Under the pieces are notes generated by a model that saw nothing but the letters and a program-made list of their open reading frames with translations, ran no database searches and was not told where the DNA came from. DNA of 64,000 nt. Origin: Dimorphilus gyrociliatus (Eukaryota > Animalia > Annelida). Shown here piece by piece: positions 12,122 through 27,629 of this stretch. The stretch spans positions 2,992,408 to 3,056,407 of the forward strand of contig CAJFCJ010000006.1 of the NCBI GenBank assembly GCA_904063045.1. The letters run 5' to 3'. Positions within the stretch are counted from its first letter, which is position 1; each line of letters begins with the position of its first letter. The translations under genes and the position numbers were made by a program.

Positions 12122-13850
12122 TTAGGTAAAATTTCTGAATAGAGAATTATCTTTAAAGCTAAATATACTACAGGCAGCTCGATAGCTTTTGCATTTCAAT
12201 TCTTTTAAATATTGAAAATTGACAAATTGCCATAAAGTTTCTAATGAACATAATTTATCATTTTCTAAAGGTTTTCCTTTACAAAAGCCAATTTTTCTTG
12301 TTACATCCTTTCCATTATACAAAACTCTAAAGTAGTTCCTTTCATTATATTCGTACTGTTCGAAGATGATCCTAGAGGCGTACGGAGGCCATATACCCGT
12401 ATTAACCCCTAAAAGCGTCAATAGAGGATCTATAGTGGAATCGTGTCCAGAGTAAAGGAAAAATTTTTCAATAGTCTTTTCTTTCATGTTGGACGCTATT
12501 TCGTATAAAAGTGGAATCATTTTTAAATATGATACAACTTTCCAAAAATTCGTGTTGACTTTAGTCTTTCCATGAGAATTAACAAAGTTAACAAGCTTCC
12601 TAAACTCGACAGGATTTATGCAGTCTCTTTTGTACGAGGGCAGAAATTCATTGTGACAAGCTTGAACCATTGCAGTATCCATTATTTGTCGGGCAGGTGG
12701 TAAATTTGAAGCATCGACGTCAAATACATTGGACATGTGTTTATAAACAGAGTATAATTTCGGATGTTTATAAGAGTTAGCAGGCTGGTTAACACCAGAT
12801 GCCATTAAGTTCATAATGGCTTCTTCTTTTAAAGGTTTACATGCACATGGATGATTGGATTTCTGGTGGCATAAGCTGTTATTTCCAGCCTGGAATGTGG
12901 TTTTAAAATTACAAATAGTTGTTATTGAGACCTAGTTCTAAAGAATTGCACATTTCATTAATAATAACTGTAATAGTACTTTAAGTTAGATTTATAAGTA
13001 ATTAAATAACTAAAACCACATTCCTTGTCTATAGTTATCCTGTTTACAGTGAAATTTGGTAGAAAACCGTGGAGGAGAGCTAAAGCACTTTGAAAAGTTC
13101 TACGATAATAAGTACTTCTTACATAGACTTTGTTGTCGTATTGATCGTCCAATAGTTTGTGATTTTTTATGTATCTTTCATTTAATAATTTACCTATTTC
13201 TACATGTTGAGCTGCGCCTTCTGGAGTGAGGAAAGCTTGACCGCAAAATTCATCATTGGGGAAAATTGGGAAAGGTTTAAAACTATCTCCTTTATTCCTT
13301 AAATTCAATTTGACTTGTTTATTCATTGATTCTGTATAATTTTTAAAAGACGGTAGCTTCTTTTTAAGTTGAACATTATCTTGAGCTTTGCAAGACTCAG
13401 TCAAGTATTTATGATTTGGAATTGAGTGAATTGGAAACCTATCACCATGTCTAATAATAGTAAATACTTTTGTTAGTTTATACTTGGAACTAATTGAGCC
13501 TGGAACATATCAATTAGTTTTAAAGTAAATGTATTTCTTTCAATATAATAAATACACACCTTCTTCTCCATTGCCTATTTCTGTTGGAAAGTTGCAGTAG
13601 TAAAGAATATCGTCTTTCATTATCTTTTCCGATGGAAGAACTTTCTTGCAATTTGAAGAATATGATATTGTATAAGAATAAACTGAAATTTTTGGCGGGT
13701 ATTAAATATGATTGAAATATATTATTTCGAATTTTAACAACCTAGATATAGAATAATGCATGATACAGGAAAGGCTATAAAAAATGCTGGTCTCCATTTC
13801 AATCTAACGATCTTCATTCTTTCTCCAAATCCTGTTTTGCGTGAAGTCAT
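12122..13850 (-). CDS. PXYLP1: 2-phosphoxylose phosphatase 1 (ACPL2) histidine acid phosphatase, type II membrane
   Basis: Exons about 13850-13742 (signal anchor), 13682-13560, 13500-13024, 12889-12122. Motifs YCNFP, IIRHGDRFP, LTPEGAAQH, RTFQSALALLHGFLP, LYSGHDSTI, WPPYASRIIFE, RVLYNGKDVT. Confidence 0.88.
12892..13024. repeat. Perfect 14-bp inverted repeat (GGAATGTGGTTTTA ... TAAAACCACATTCC) bounding PXYLP1 intron 3
   Basis: Arms 12892-12905 and 13011-13024 are exact reverse complements, separated by 105 nt of AT-rich spacer. Confidence 0.9.
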
Positions 13851-14562
13851 TTAATTCATTCAACGTCACTAAAGAATTAAATTTTGCGTATTATCGTTCA
13901 TCAATGACATTCATTGAATAAGCCGAAAAATGTCAAAATTCACTTTGGGAGATCTAAAATTATTGAATAGCAATAATGATTTATCTGCAATGGATAACAA
14001 TTTGATTTTGTTAGGTTTCCATTTAAGTTAAGGAGACTAAAAGTTGTATCCAACGTATAAGGAATCGACTCACAAAACTGGTACTGATTTATTTATTTTC
14101 CGGTTCCTGTAATCGGATTGCGCCAGTTTTAAACTTGTCACTATAATAAATTAGAAATGAATGCCCGAAAATTAGCATTTTCAACGCTTTACATATCAAT
14201 ATTATAGAGGCTATATTTAATAAATGTAGAGTTTACTTGAAGTTATGCAGCTCATCTTTCACTGTTACTGAGATTTTTTTGTATAAAAAATTTTCATGTA
14301 ACGTTCAATATAATGTTTGCTAAAAGCACAATTTACTGTTTCAATACAAGCAGATATCAAGTTATTTCTTATCAATTTCCATTTCATACGATATATTATA
14401 GGTTATTTTCATTTTACCACAGCAGGCTAATGAACGTAACTACATTTCCAAGTAACCGGAAGCATTGACTAGTATTCGATTGGAAAATTGTCAACGGAAA
14501 TGGATGTCCCAAACCAGTTTTTACATGTCATTTCGTAACTGCCAAAAAAACGAAAAAAAGGA

Positions 14563-17448
<2,886 letters not shown>

Positions 17449-17617
17449 AGAGCAGTCGTTGTATTCTTAACCTCATAATCACAGTCATGGCGGGTTTGAA
17501 CTAGGCTATACTCTTGCCTTTTCTCGAACTCATTCTGTTGTGAAAGCAATGATTTCTACCCGTACATATATATATATATATGTATATACAGTATATATGA
17601 AATGAAAATACATATAT

Positions 17618-19914
17618 CTATTTATAGGATGTATTTATGCACATTTTTGATGGAACCTCGATATTTTCTTTGTTTATTATGCCTTTGATGGTCCGGACAT
17701 AGACCTCGGTAAACTCGTCGTAAATATTTTTACTTACTTTTCTGCATTGGAAAAGATAGATGATTCCTCTTCGAAATTTTCCATTCAATATACAGTAGAG
17801 AATTGGATTCTGAGCGGAATGAAAGTGACCAAGGAGTAAACAATATTTTAGAAGATTGGCTGCTTTAGAATCTTTTCGGAAATCCACATACAGAGAAACC
17901 ACTTGATAAGGCAACCAAGATATAGCAAAAAGAATAGCAATTGCCACAAGCATTCTGGCTAGCCGTCTTCTCGATTTTAAAATGGATGTTTGACTTCTTC
18001 TTAGGGATTGATCTTTTTTAGTTAAACCAGTCCAGGCCATGGCATAACAAAATGTAATTACAAAACCTGGTATAACGTATAGAATCAAAAACAAGCAGAC
18101 GTCAAATAAAGCTCGTCTTTGTTGTAGTACTTTCCAATCTTCACTGCATATTGCAATAGTTGTAAATTTCATAGGCGTGATTTGGGTTAACACTTCTATA
18201 TAGATTAGATTTCTGACCAAAATTAACGGTACCATAAGAAGGGATGAAATTAACCAAATTATCGCTATAGTGTACCTAATATTTCGACTTGTAGTGAATT
18301 TTCTAATCTATTTTGTGTAAAAGTAACGCCGTAGTGCATTTATACAGTCGTAGAGTCACTTAGGACAAATACAAACGAAAGTTTATATAAAATTTAAGAA
18401 TTTTATGGATACTTATTACGAGATTCTTTTATCAATATTTTTTTTACAGTATATCCTACTAGCGTTACTTTTATTGGATATAAGATAGCTAAATATCTCT
18501 CGATGCTTAAACACATCAGTGTTTGAATAGTACTAGCTAAAGACACACCTGTCAAATAACAATTAAAACATGGAAAAAGAATGTACCGTAAATCAATGGC
18601 AAAATATCTAACCTTGGAAATATGTTGTTGCTTTGCATAGAAACAAGCCGTGCGGCCAAGGTTTATAGACATATTCAGAAATCGTAAAAGGCATACAAAA
18701 AGCAGCAACTGTTAATAAGTCAATACTTTAAATACACCTTTTTAAAGGATAATTATCTAGATTATCGTCAATTTAAATTTAATTTCAGCATCATATTGTT
18801 ACTTTATATTCGTTAATAAAAAAGCTTACTACAGTATATCTGTGACTTCAATTTTTAATTTCAGTATTAATAACATTATAATATATCATGTGGACTAGTA
18901 TCAAATTTCTCCAACCTTTAACATATTATATTCAATTGAGCATAGTGTACAATACGGGTAATAAATTTAACAAAGACCAATTATCAATCGTATTGATAGC
19001 AACATAAATTATGACACAGATTTAACTCTACTATCTGTGATGCTCTAATAGCTTATTGTTGAGTTATTTCAGTTTTAAAACTGATTTTACACTATTTAGT
19101 CGATAAACGACTTTAAAGGGTAAGATAACTTTGAGATACATGCAAATTTTTCACTTAAAGGAATTATGAACGTTAGCTTTTAAGTGAAAAGAATCGAAGG
19201 TGATAGACAAGTACTTCAAATTTATTTATTTAAAAAATAGACTTGAGGCTATTTTGGAGAAAAGAACACTGGTAGGATAAAATAAAATAGGATTAATAAG
19301 TAGAAAAGAAGAAAAACACAGAGGAGGGATTGAGGGCGGGAGGAGGAGAAGAGAGGAGGAAGAGAATCTAAACAAAAATAATGGCTAAGAAGAAAACAAA
19401 TTCTATTTAGCAAACGCGAATAACTCGAAATGGATATTTTACTGCCCTACATATTTGCTCTTAAGGGAATTTAAAACATGGTAATTAAGAATCTCTTTGA
19501 CTGAAAAAATTACCAAAGGAAGGGCTATCCTATTCAGCTGCCTATGAATTACGGTTCTTCCAAGATTTATCATTTAGATGCTAATGTCTAGCAATTAAAA
19601 ATGCATCTATTGCTTTAGGATTTTATATTTACGAGAAAAACGAAAGGTTAGGTAAAAACCTAGGGTATTATATCAATAATTATTTACGTACCGAGAAGAT
19701 CGCTAAAAGCCAGATTAAGGAGGAAAAAGTTTGTAGAATTCTTCATGGATTTATGCATACAGATGACAATGAGAACAAGACTATTTCCTATTATGGCCAC
19801 TAAGAATATAGGAATGTATACGACAATTAGGAAGACTGTAGCCATGTCCTTTATAAGTAACGTATCCTTCATAAGGGGAATGGTGAAATTAGAAGAATTG
19901 ATTGCAAACTCCAT
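17618..19914 (-). CDS. Rhodopsin-family neuropeptide GPCR (orexin/allatotropin/QRFP-receptor-like)
   Basis: Exons 19914-19692, 18708-18613, 18548-18460, 18307-17618. Motifs GNSLV, TNFFLLNLAFSDLL, FCMPF, W..G.FLCK, SIERY, WLPY, HSAQNPILY. The exact ligand family cannot be assigned by eye. Confidence 0.85.
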
Positions 19915-20051
19915 TATATTTTTCTGTTTATTTTGTTTTAGTACTTATCTTTGCAAATAGGAAATTAATTATCATGTATTCTTGATAAAAATTTGTTTGC
20001 AACCCTCCCTGTTGGTGGTTGAGGAGAAAATGAATATAATGAAAAGTAGAG

Positions 20052-20066
20052 AACGCCCTCTAGTGA
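20052..20066 (-). promoter_or_regulatory. CTCF-like site TCACTAGAGGGCGTT about 140 bp upstream of the GPCR start
   Basis: Close match to the CTCF core consensus. Confidence 0.55.
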
Positions 20067-22834
20067 CGAAGAAACTGGGTCGGACGGTATTCAAATGTCT
20101 AGAAAGATAAATAGGCTTTAATTTATTAAAATTACATTAGATAGATGTTATTTATTGATAATAAAGGCTAAAGGAGAAGGAATATAGGTAAAAAGTGAGA
20201 AGATGGGATAAATGATAGCATTGTAGATAAATAAATGTTACCTAGCATTAAAATTATTACTGTAGCAATGAAGATGCAATAGTGAACTGATTTTTTCTCA
20301 AAGTAAACATTCAAAACATCGTTTCAATGCAATAATCTAAGAAACATTGCATGTAATCATAAAATTTGGCTTTGCAATAGTAGTTAGCTCAGTATTTTCT
20401 CTACCAGCTCGAAAGTTGGGCCTATTGTACAAATAAATGTTAGCCTTTATATAAAGTTGGGGAATCATAGTTAGAAATGATGTCTGAATGCGTTTTCTTT
20501 ATATATATATATGTATATTAGAAGTACTCGTTTAACAACTAATATTTCTTATTTAAATGAAAAAGCTATCCTTTTCTTTTCTGTTGAACTTTAGATAGTT
20601 TATAGAAGTTGTATGGTAATAATATATAAAGAGAACTGAATGAGTTTAATTTTAGCCAAGTTATGAAGGAATGAATGAGATTGTTGTATACAAGCCTGTA
20701 ATACGAAGAAATATTTGTCAGATTAAGGAGGAATTTGTCAAGAGAAAGAGGTTTCTTAACTTGATTCTATGGAAGAAAGATAAATCCTAGATAGTTTTAA
20801 CAGTAATACGGTCATTAAACAAAAAAAAACATTGCTTTCTAGTTTTATCTAACAATAACAAACTTGGAGAAAGAAGACTTAAATCTCGTACAAGATAGAG
20901 AAGATTCAACATAACCTTCATAGTTATGAAACTGATCGTAGAGTGAGATCTTATGCGTATAAGAATTCTCCATCATTTTGGTAATTCATCAACCAAAAAA
21001 TGCTTAATACTTTACGAAAAGGGCGGAATGTGTAAGCGAGGAACTACTTTCCCCTATTTATCGGATACATCTATTCAGTATATATCTAATATATTCAATG
21101 ATATAGACCTTTCGAATATTTGCACGAAATTCTCGCCCATATGAAACAAATATCATTGTTACTACAAGCCGTTAGCGAAATTGAGCAAAACTAAAAATTC
21201 ATTGATATTGTTTAGTTGTAAATGAACTAAATGCTATCAACAAGACACGACCCTAAGTAAGTTAAAACGCATGTGAATTTTTGCGATATCTAAATTAGTG
21301 CTTATCCCAAGAAGTCGTTTTGGCAGTGTAAATGCTCCTTAATTTTCAATTAACTATTCTAGTACAGACACATACGTATATTTATGTACATACTGTATAA
21401 CTTTTACTGTATGTTGCTCTTTGTAAATAAAGTAGATAGTAGAGAAATTTATTCAGAATACTTATACCAATGACTTTGCAATTGAGAATACAAATTTGAA
21501 AATGATCCTAAAGCCCAAAAATAGAAAATAGGAGAAAGTCAACATGTTTGTTGAACCGATTAATAATCTTTATTATCAAAAAATCTTAATATAATACAAA
21601 TAAGACAGTTTACGGTTATATAAAATGTTTGTTTGTTTAAAGGTGTAAAGATATTGGCTAATAGGCCAAATATGGTCAAATGGATAACATCATCGGGATT
21701 AGTTTGGTCGTAAATATTCATAGCCAGCGATTCGCTATCGTTTTATTATGCAATTCTACTCTAATTCTTCAATCAGAGTTGTTAATAAACTGTTTGATTA
21801 TATATAAATATTTCATAATTATTATATTTCTTTATCTTAAAATATTCATATAAAAAAAAACATATAAAAAACAAAAGAAATATAAATTCATAAATATTTA
21901 TAATGTAATTTTACCCAGAAAGAATCCTAAATTATATCATTAAGCTTTGAAATGAAACTTCTATTCTGTTAAAAGATAAGCTCATCATTAATATACAAGA
22001 GATATGATATAAACCCTCAATATAGACATAATGTATATATATATGCATATAAATCTATAACACAATATAGATCTAAACATAAGAAATATAGGGCCATAGT
22101 AACAGAACTGTCTTGTCCGTTTAAGTGACTGAAAATATGAATAAATTTGAATATATACAATGTTATTTATAGCGGTCGGATAAAATAATATATTTCTTGC
22201 ACAGAATCAGGACAAAGCAAAATCTCTTGACTACATCATGCTTTTAAGTCATCCTGAAAAAAAGAATAGCTCATTAGCTACTGTTTCTTCAAAAAATACA
22301 TCTTTTTTCTTAATGCAATTAGAATCACAGAAGGAAAACAATAAAATTGATTAAAATGATTGTTAATAATTAAATAATATGTCTATTTGTTAGTTTATTA
22401 GTTCATTCGTTTACTCTGATCGAAATATTTTTCAATTATCATTAAGAATAAGGGCAGTTGGTAAGAAATTAACTACGAAAATACTTATACAGTTTGCTGT
22501 AAAACATTTTAGGGGAAAGAGGCCTAATCAGTCTCTTCTCAATAGATATTTATCATTATATATGCAAGTAGTCGTTTAGCTCATCATTAGCTGAAAAGAA
22601 TCACTTAAATGATGATAATATGATTAAGTTGTAGGATTGGTCTTTATTTATTATTAAGTACTAATGAAAATTCTCTACAGGATCATAAAAATTCTATGAA
22701 AAAAGTTTAAAAATGATAAAATTCAAAAATAGGAACAACTTAAGTGCATGAAAAGGAAATTATATATATATGCATATCTCAGTTTGACAATACAGTTTCT
22801 GCTTATATCTTGATCAAGTAAACTTAAGAAATAG

Positions 22835-25030
22835 TTAAGACTTGTCCATCGCACATCCCTTAATACTTCCATCCCAGGCACTTCTGTTACTCTTTATTTC
22901 CCTTTTTTTTTTCTCTCTGGCTTCCTTAAGTCGTCTTCTTTCTTCATCCCTCTGCTCCTTATTGGTATTCCTATCAAGACCAAGGGCACCAATAACTAAA
23001 TTCCTTGCTATCAGCGCGTTCGTTTCTGGTCGTAACCTGCGAAAGAAAACAAACAAGTAAGATGTCTTTTATATCTCTACAAAATGTTCCTGAAAGAATG
23101 ATCGCTCATGCTCATTAATTCAAGATAGTGTAATTTTTATAATGTCTATGTACTGTTACTTATCTACTCATTATAAATATATTATCACAGAATAAGTATT
23201 ACATGACACTCAAAAGTCTTTACATACACTTAGAGAAATAGGAGTTATGTACTTACTGATGAGGTTCAAAAAGATCGGAACATTGTTGAGCTTTCAATTT
23301 TGTTTGCTGTGATGCTAGTGATATAGGTCTAGTTTTCACAAGTCCTCTATTCTGTTTTAAAGCGCTAATAGCTGCTTCTTTACATGTAAAAACACCAATA
23401 GCATGAGTTTCGTCAACCCATCTCAGATCGAAACCGCGTTTTAAATAGTCCCTGAATACGTTGATGATATCACCTGTGTTAGTTGTGGGAGGAAAGTCAT
23501 AAATTTCTATCAGGTGACTGCAATCTTTATCTCCTATATTCCAATCCGTTGCTGTTTATATCATTGATTTATTAAAATTAGAACGCGATACGAAAAATAT
23601 TATACAAATGCTCACTCTTTAAATTGTCGTAATCAAATACTGGCTTTTGAATTGTTACCTTGCCAACAGCCAGCGAGAGATCTTTGGCCGTATCAGCATC
23701 TAAGCAATTTCCGTAGTCGTCGTAGTGTTGGTCCCACGAGTCTCCTTCATCCTCCGAATTTTCATCTGTACTCTTTTTCTCCAATTCTTGAGTTTCTCTC
23801 TCTCTTTCTCTATTTGTTGTAGATTCTTTTTCAATTATCTTGTTTTGTTTACTTTCGTTGTTATCTTTATTTTTCTCCAAGTCTGACATTTCGTTAAAGT
23901 ACTTGTAGGTTTCGCTTTGCTCAGAGCGCCAATCGGATTTGAAAAGAGATCCTCTAAAACATGTGTAAAGTATTAATTGAAATTGAGTGAATTATATAAA
24001 ATGGTTACACGAGTGTCTAACAATTCATTTAAAAGGAGCCAAGAATGAATGTATATGTATTTGTTTTCCTCTTAAAAAACAGTATTAGATTTCTACGTGT
24101 ATCGTAAATATTAATATATTCAAATATATACATATACTGTATGTTTATATCATATTTTGTTTCAAATTATAGCGTTCCTATAACAAAAGTTAGATAGAGA
24201 CATTTAAAATAACTTAAACATAAAAGCCATATAATGCTACACAAAACAGGGCTAGAAACATTATATCCCATAGCGAATGAACTTTTATTGGATGTCTAAC
24301 TCTTTATTTATTGTCTGTTTGCTTAGTTTTGCCTAAAAATATGATCAAACTTTCACATTGTCATTTTACAGATATAGATGTTATATTCCCAACAGACTTT
24401 TCCTTTTTTTGTGTCTGTATTAAACGAATTCAAAAGTACTCTAATTGTTAATTCATAATTTTAAAATAGAACTGAAAAGTGTAGACATTATATCACGATA
24501 TAAATATTTTGGTAACGTTTGATACTCTTCTCTTTCTTACTAGAATAAAGTTAGTTATTCGTGGATATTAATTGTTCTTTAGTGATCATTTCTTGACTAG
24601 ACTAGTTTATTGGTTACATGATAAATTCTAAAGGGATAATAGTTTCTTTTTTTTTCAGTTTGATGGTACTCAATTGAAATAGTTACCTTGAAAGTGTTTC
24701 TTTGAGACAAACAACAGTTCGTCTAGATGTTCCCTGCCCAATAGAAAAACTACCTAAAGATTCAAATTCCTTGCAGGTAGCGTGAATCAGTAATCGATGA
24801 AAACCGTCCAAAGGTGGAAATAATAGAACCCTGGATTAAAATTGCATGTCTTAATTATTTATGTTATAATCCATTGCTATACGTATATATTATCTGATAA
24901 CTCAATAAAATAACCTATCAATTTGAGCAGTTTTCAAAAAAGCTCCAAAATCGGAAGTTAAAAATTGGATAAACTCGTTTTCTTTTGAACTAAGTGGTCT
25001 ATTTAATTGTATTTCAGCTTGATTTGCCAG
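22835..25030 (-). CDS. R3HCC1: R3H and coiled-coil domain protein (R3H + RRM-like + coiled coil), probable CUG start
   Basis: Exons 25030-24915, 24830-24687, 23953-23616, 23551-23257, 23036-22835, all phase-consistent. R3H: LSSKENEF..VLLFPPLDGFHRLLIHATCKEFESLGSFSIGQGTSRRTVVC; SWDQHYDDYGNCLD; RRM-like SHLIEIYDFP..WVDETHAIGVF; C-terminal RPETNALIARNLVIGALG. Confidence 0.85.
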
Positions 25031-25722
25031 TGTGTATATCTTCAATCTTTAATTTCAAACTGGCTTAATATAATTTAGTATCGCTTTACTAAGCTCCTCG
25101 ACTGATCATATCTTTAATAAAAGATTCGCACTAAATGGTGGGTACAGCTATATTGCGCTTGTGAAAAAAATAACAGTACATTGTCACTGTACAAACACTC
25201 TGAACATGAGCACCAATTTGAAATACCAAATTTGAACTAATGTATTCAATCATGAAAAGTCATTGCAGCTAATATTCGGCATAGTTTCAAAGATTGGAGA
25301 TGTATACTAGTTGAAATGGCTTTTGATTAAAAATCAAAAGTAATTGCTGCTACTCAAAGTGGACAAAATGAATAATTCTATTAAGGCACTAGAGTGGCTA
25401 GTTAACTTATGGAAATTTGTTTTGAAAAATTCACAACCAAAAGCTCTAAAACCTTACGTATGCTAGTTTGACTCTATAACCACTAGTGCCATCTTTAAGT
25501 TTCGTCGTGCAGAAAACTGGTATACTGCACCGGTGATGTAACAAATAAAATTATCTAATCTGTCAAGAGCTACTAACTCTCGCAAGATAGGCCTGCTTCG
25601 TTCATTAAACTTGAAAAGGCCTCCTAAACGTACAAAGAACAAGCAACCTTAAGGAATATCTCTTTATCAATGTGACATTGTCTGTTTGTCATTTTCTTAG
25701 CATATTAATCATTCTGGGAACG

Positions 25723-27629
25723 ATGCTGAAGCTGTTAGCCTATTTGTGCAAACGCGTTATTGATTTCGTTGGTGACTTCTCCCAAACAATTTTCGGAGTT
25801 CAACTGTTTAGATTGGATTCAATATCCGTTGTCACAAGCTTGAATGGAAGAGCTAGAAAAGAACTAGAAGAAAATTTAGATTTGCTTGATGGTCTAAAAG
25901 CCTACTGTGAAGGGTATAATAATGAAAAAGATATAGGGGTTACAGGACGATATTTAATGAATAACTTAGCACAACAAAATTTACAAGTTAGAGGAGATGT
26001 CCTTCAGTACATTGAAGAACATCCGGAAGTCAACGACATTCCTGTTCAAAGACCGGTGTTTATAGTAACACTGCCAAGAACTGGCAGTACGTATCTACAT
26101 TGTTTGTTGACAACCGACAAAAGATGGTGGGTACCAGAATATTGGCAGATGGCAGAGCCCCTTCCAGTGCCAGACTGGCCGAGAAATGAGCAAGACAGAG
26201 AAAGGATTAACAAGTTCCAAACATTTATAGGTAGGTAAACGTGTTGTTTACTTTTCATTTTGTATAAAATCTCCGTTCGAAAGAACTAGGAGAGTAAAGG
26301 TAAAGAGAGTTTTTGTATACGTGATAAATAGTTGAAAAAAGATGTTTGTTTCTCCAAAAAGGATGAGATGAAATAGTATCTCTTTTTTTATCAGAAGGTA
26401 AATAATTCATCTTAGATGAACGACAAACAGTCTACCCTACATACACTCATTTATGTATATACTGTGTATTTTTTTATGCGATATTGGACTGGGAAAACAG
26501 ATGGAAAGGGTAGTATTCTACATGCTCAACTAGACTGCTATTGATCTTCTCTATCTCTTTAGTTTATCCTTGTCAATCGATTAAAATTTTACAAATATTT
26601 AATAGTTATGTATTGAATATTAGTAAGCCAAGCTTTAATAGTAGATTAGCAATGTTATCAATAGCCGTTTCTACGAAATGGTTACAATTAAATGCGGGTT
26701 GTCTAGAGGGGCGGTAAGAGTTGAAAAAATAACATCACTTTGCCAAGAACAACCAATCATTACATAATCCATCATCATTCTTAGATTATTCTAATGAGGA
26801 AAAATACAGATATTTATAATGAAAGTTTTTTCTTTGTTTAGATATTATGAATGAATTGGCTGGATCTGATGATGTAAAAAAGTCTCATAGTGTTCACTCT
26901 ACTGATCCCGAGGACTTAATGATGATGTTGACGCGTTCCATGATATATTTTATACCATTTGCATATGAGTCTACTACTGCGTACCGGAATTGGCTACAAA
27001 CCAGGCCAGATGGATTCTGGGAGCATGCCTACAAGTTAGTGAGAAAGGAATTGCAAATAGCGCTATCTGGAAAAGGTGTTGGAGGACGACGAGTATTAGC
27101 TATGAATCATATTTGTTTTTCTAATCCGACTGCCCTTTTGGATGCTTTTCCAGACGCCCAAATGATTCACATTCATCGCGATCCGGCTAAGCTCGTACCG
27201 TCATTTTGTTCGTTGTGTAGAACCCTGAATGCAACGTTCCGCAAAGCATCGGACGAGGATGGTAGTCGAGTGATCGGCGAGCAAATGACTGATTTATTGG
27301 AAAGTTCCGCTATATCTTTAACGCAACTTCGTCAAACCGTTCCCAATATTAACATAAATATCCCAAGTAAACCTCAAAAGTTTATAGACGTCGATTACGA
27401 GCGTCTATTAGATGATCCAATAGGAGTTTTAAAAGCTGTTTATGAAGACATAGATATGGAATGGACGGACGAATGTGAGGCAGGATTTCAAAAGTTTGTA
27501 GATGAACATCCGAGAAATAAGTTTGGTTCACACGTTTACACTTGTCAAGAATTTAACTTAAATGAAAAAGATATTCGAAAAAGATTCGCTCTTTATATGG
27601 ATCTTTTCGGTGTCCGACCAGAGACTTGA
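25723..27629 (+). CDS. Sulfotransferase of the Sulfotransfer_3 / bacterial-like family
   Basis: Two exons (about 25723-26230, 26842-27629), phase consistent. PAPS loop VFIVTLPRTGSTYLH, FPDAQMIHIHRDP..VPS, and DVDYERLLDDPIG..VY..FGSHVYT. Confidence 0.85.

Noticed and set aside
20953-21144. Small ORF in the 20-22.8 kb intergenic stretch
   Set aside because: No homology or splice support; no TE terminal repeats or coding remnants recognised in this region.
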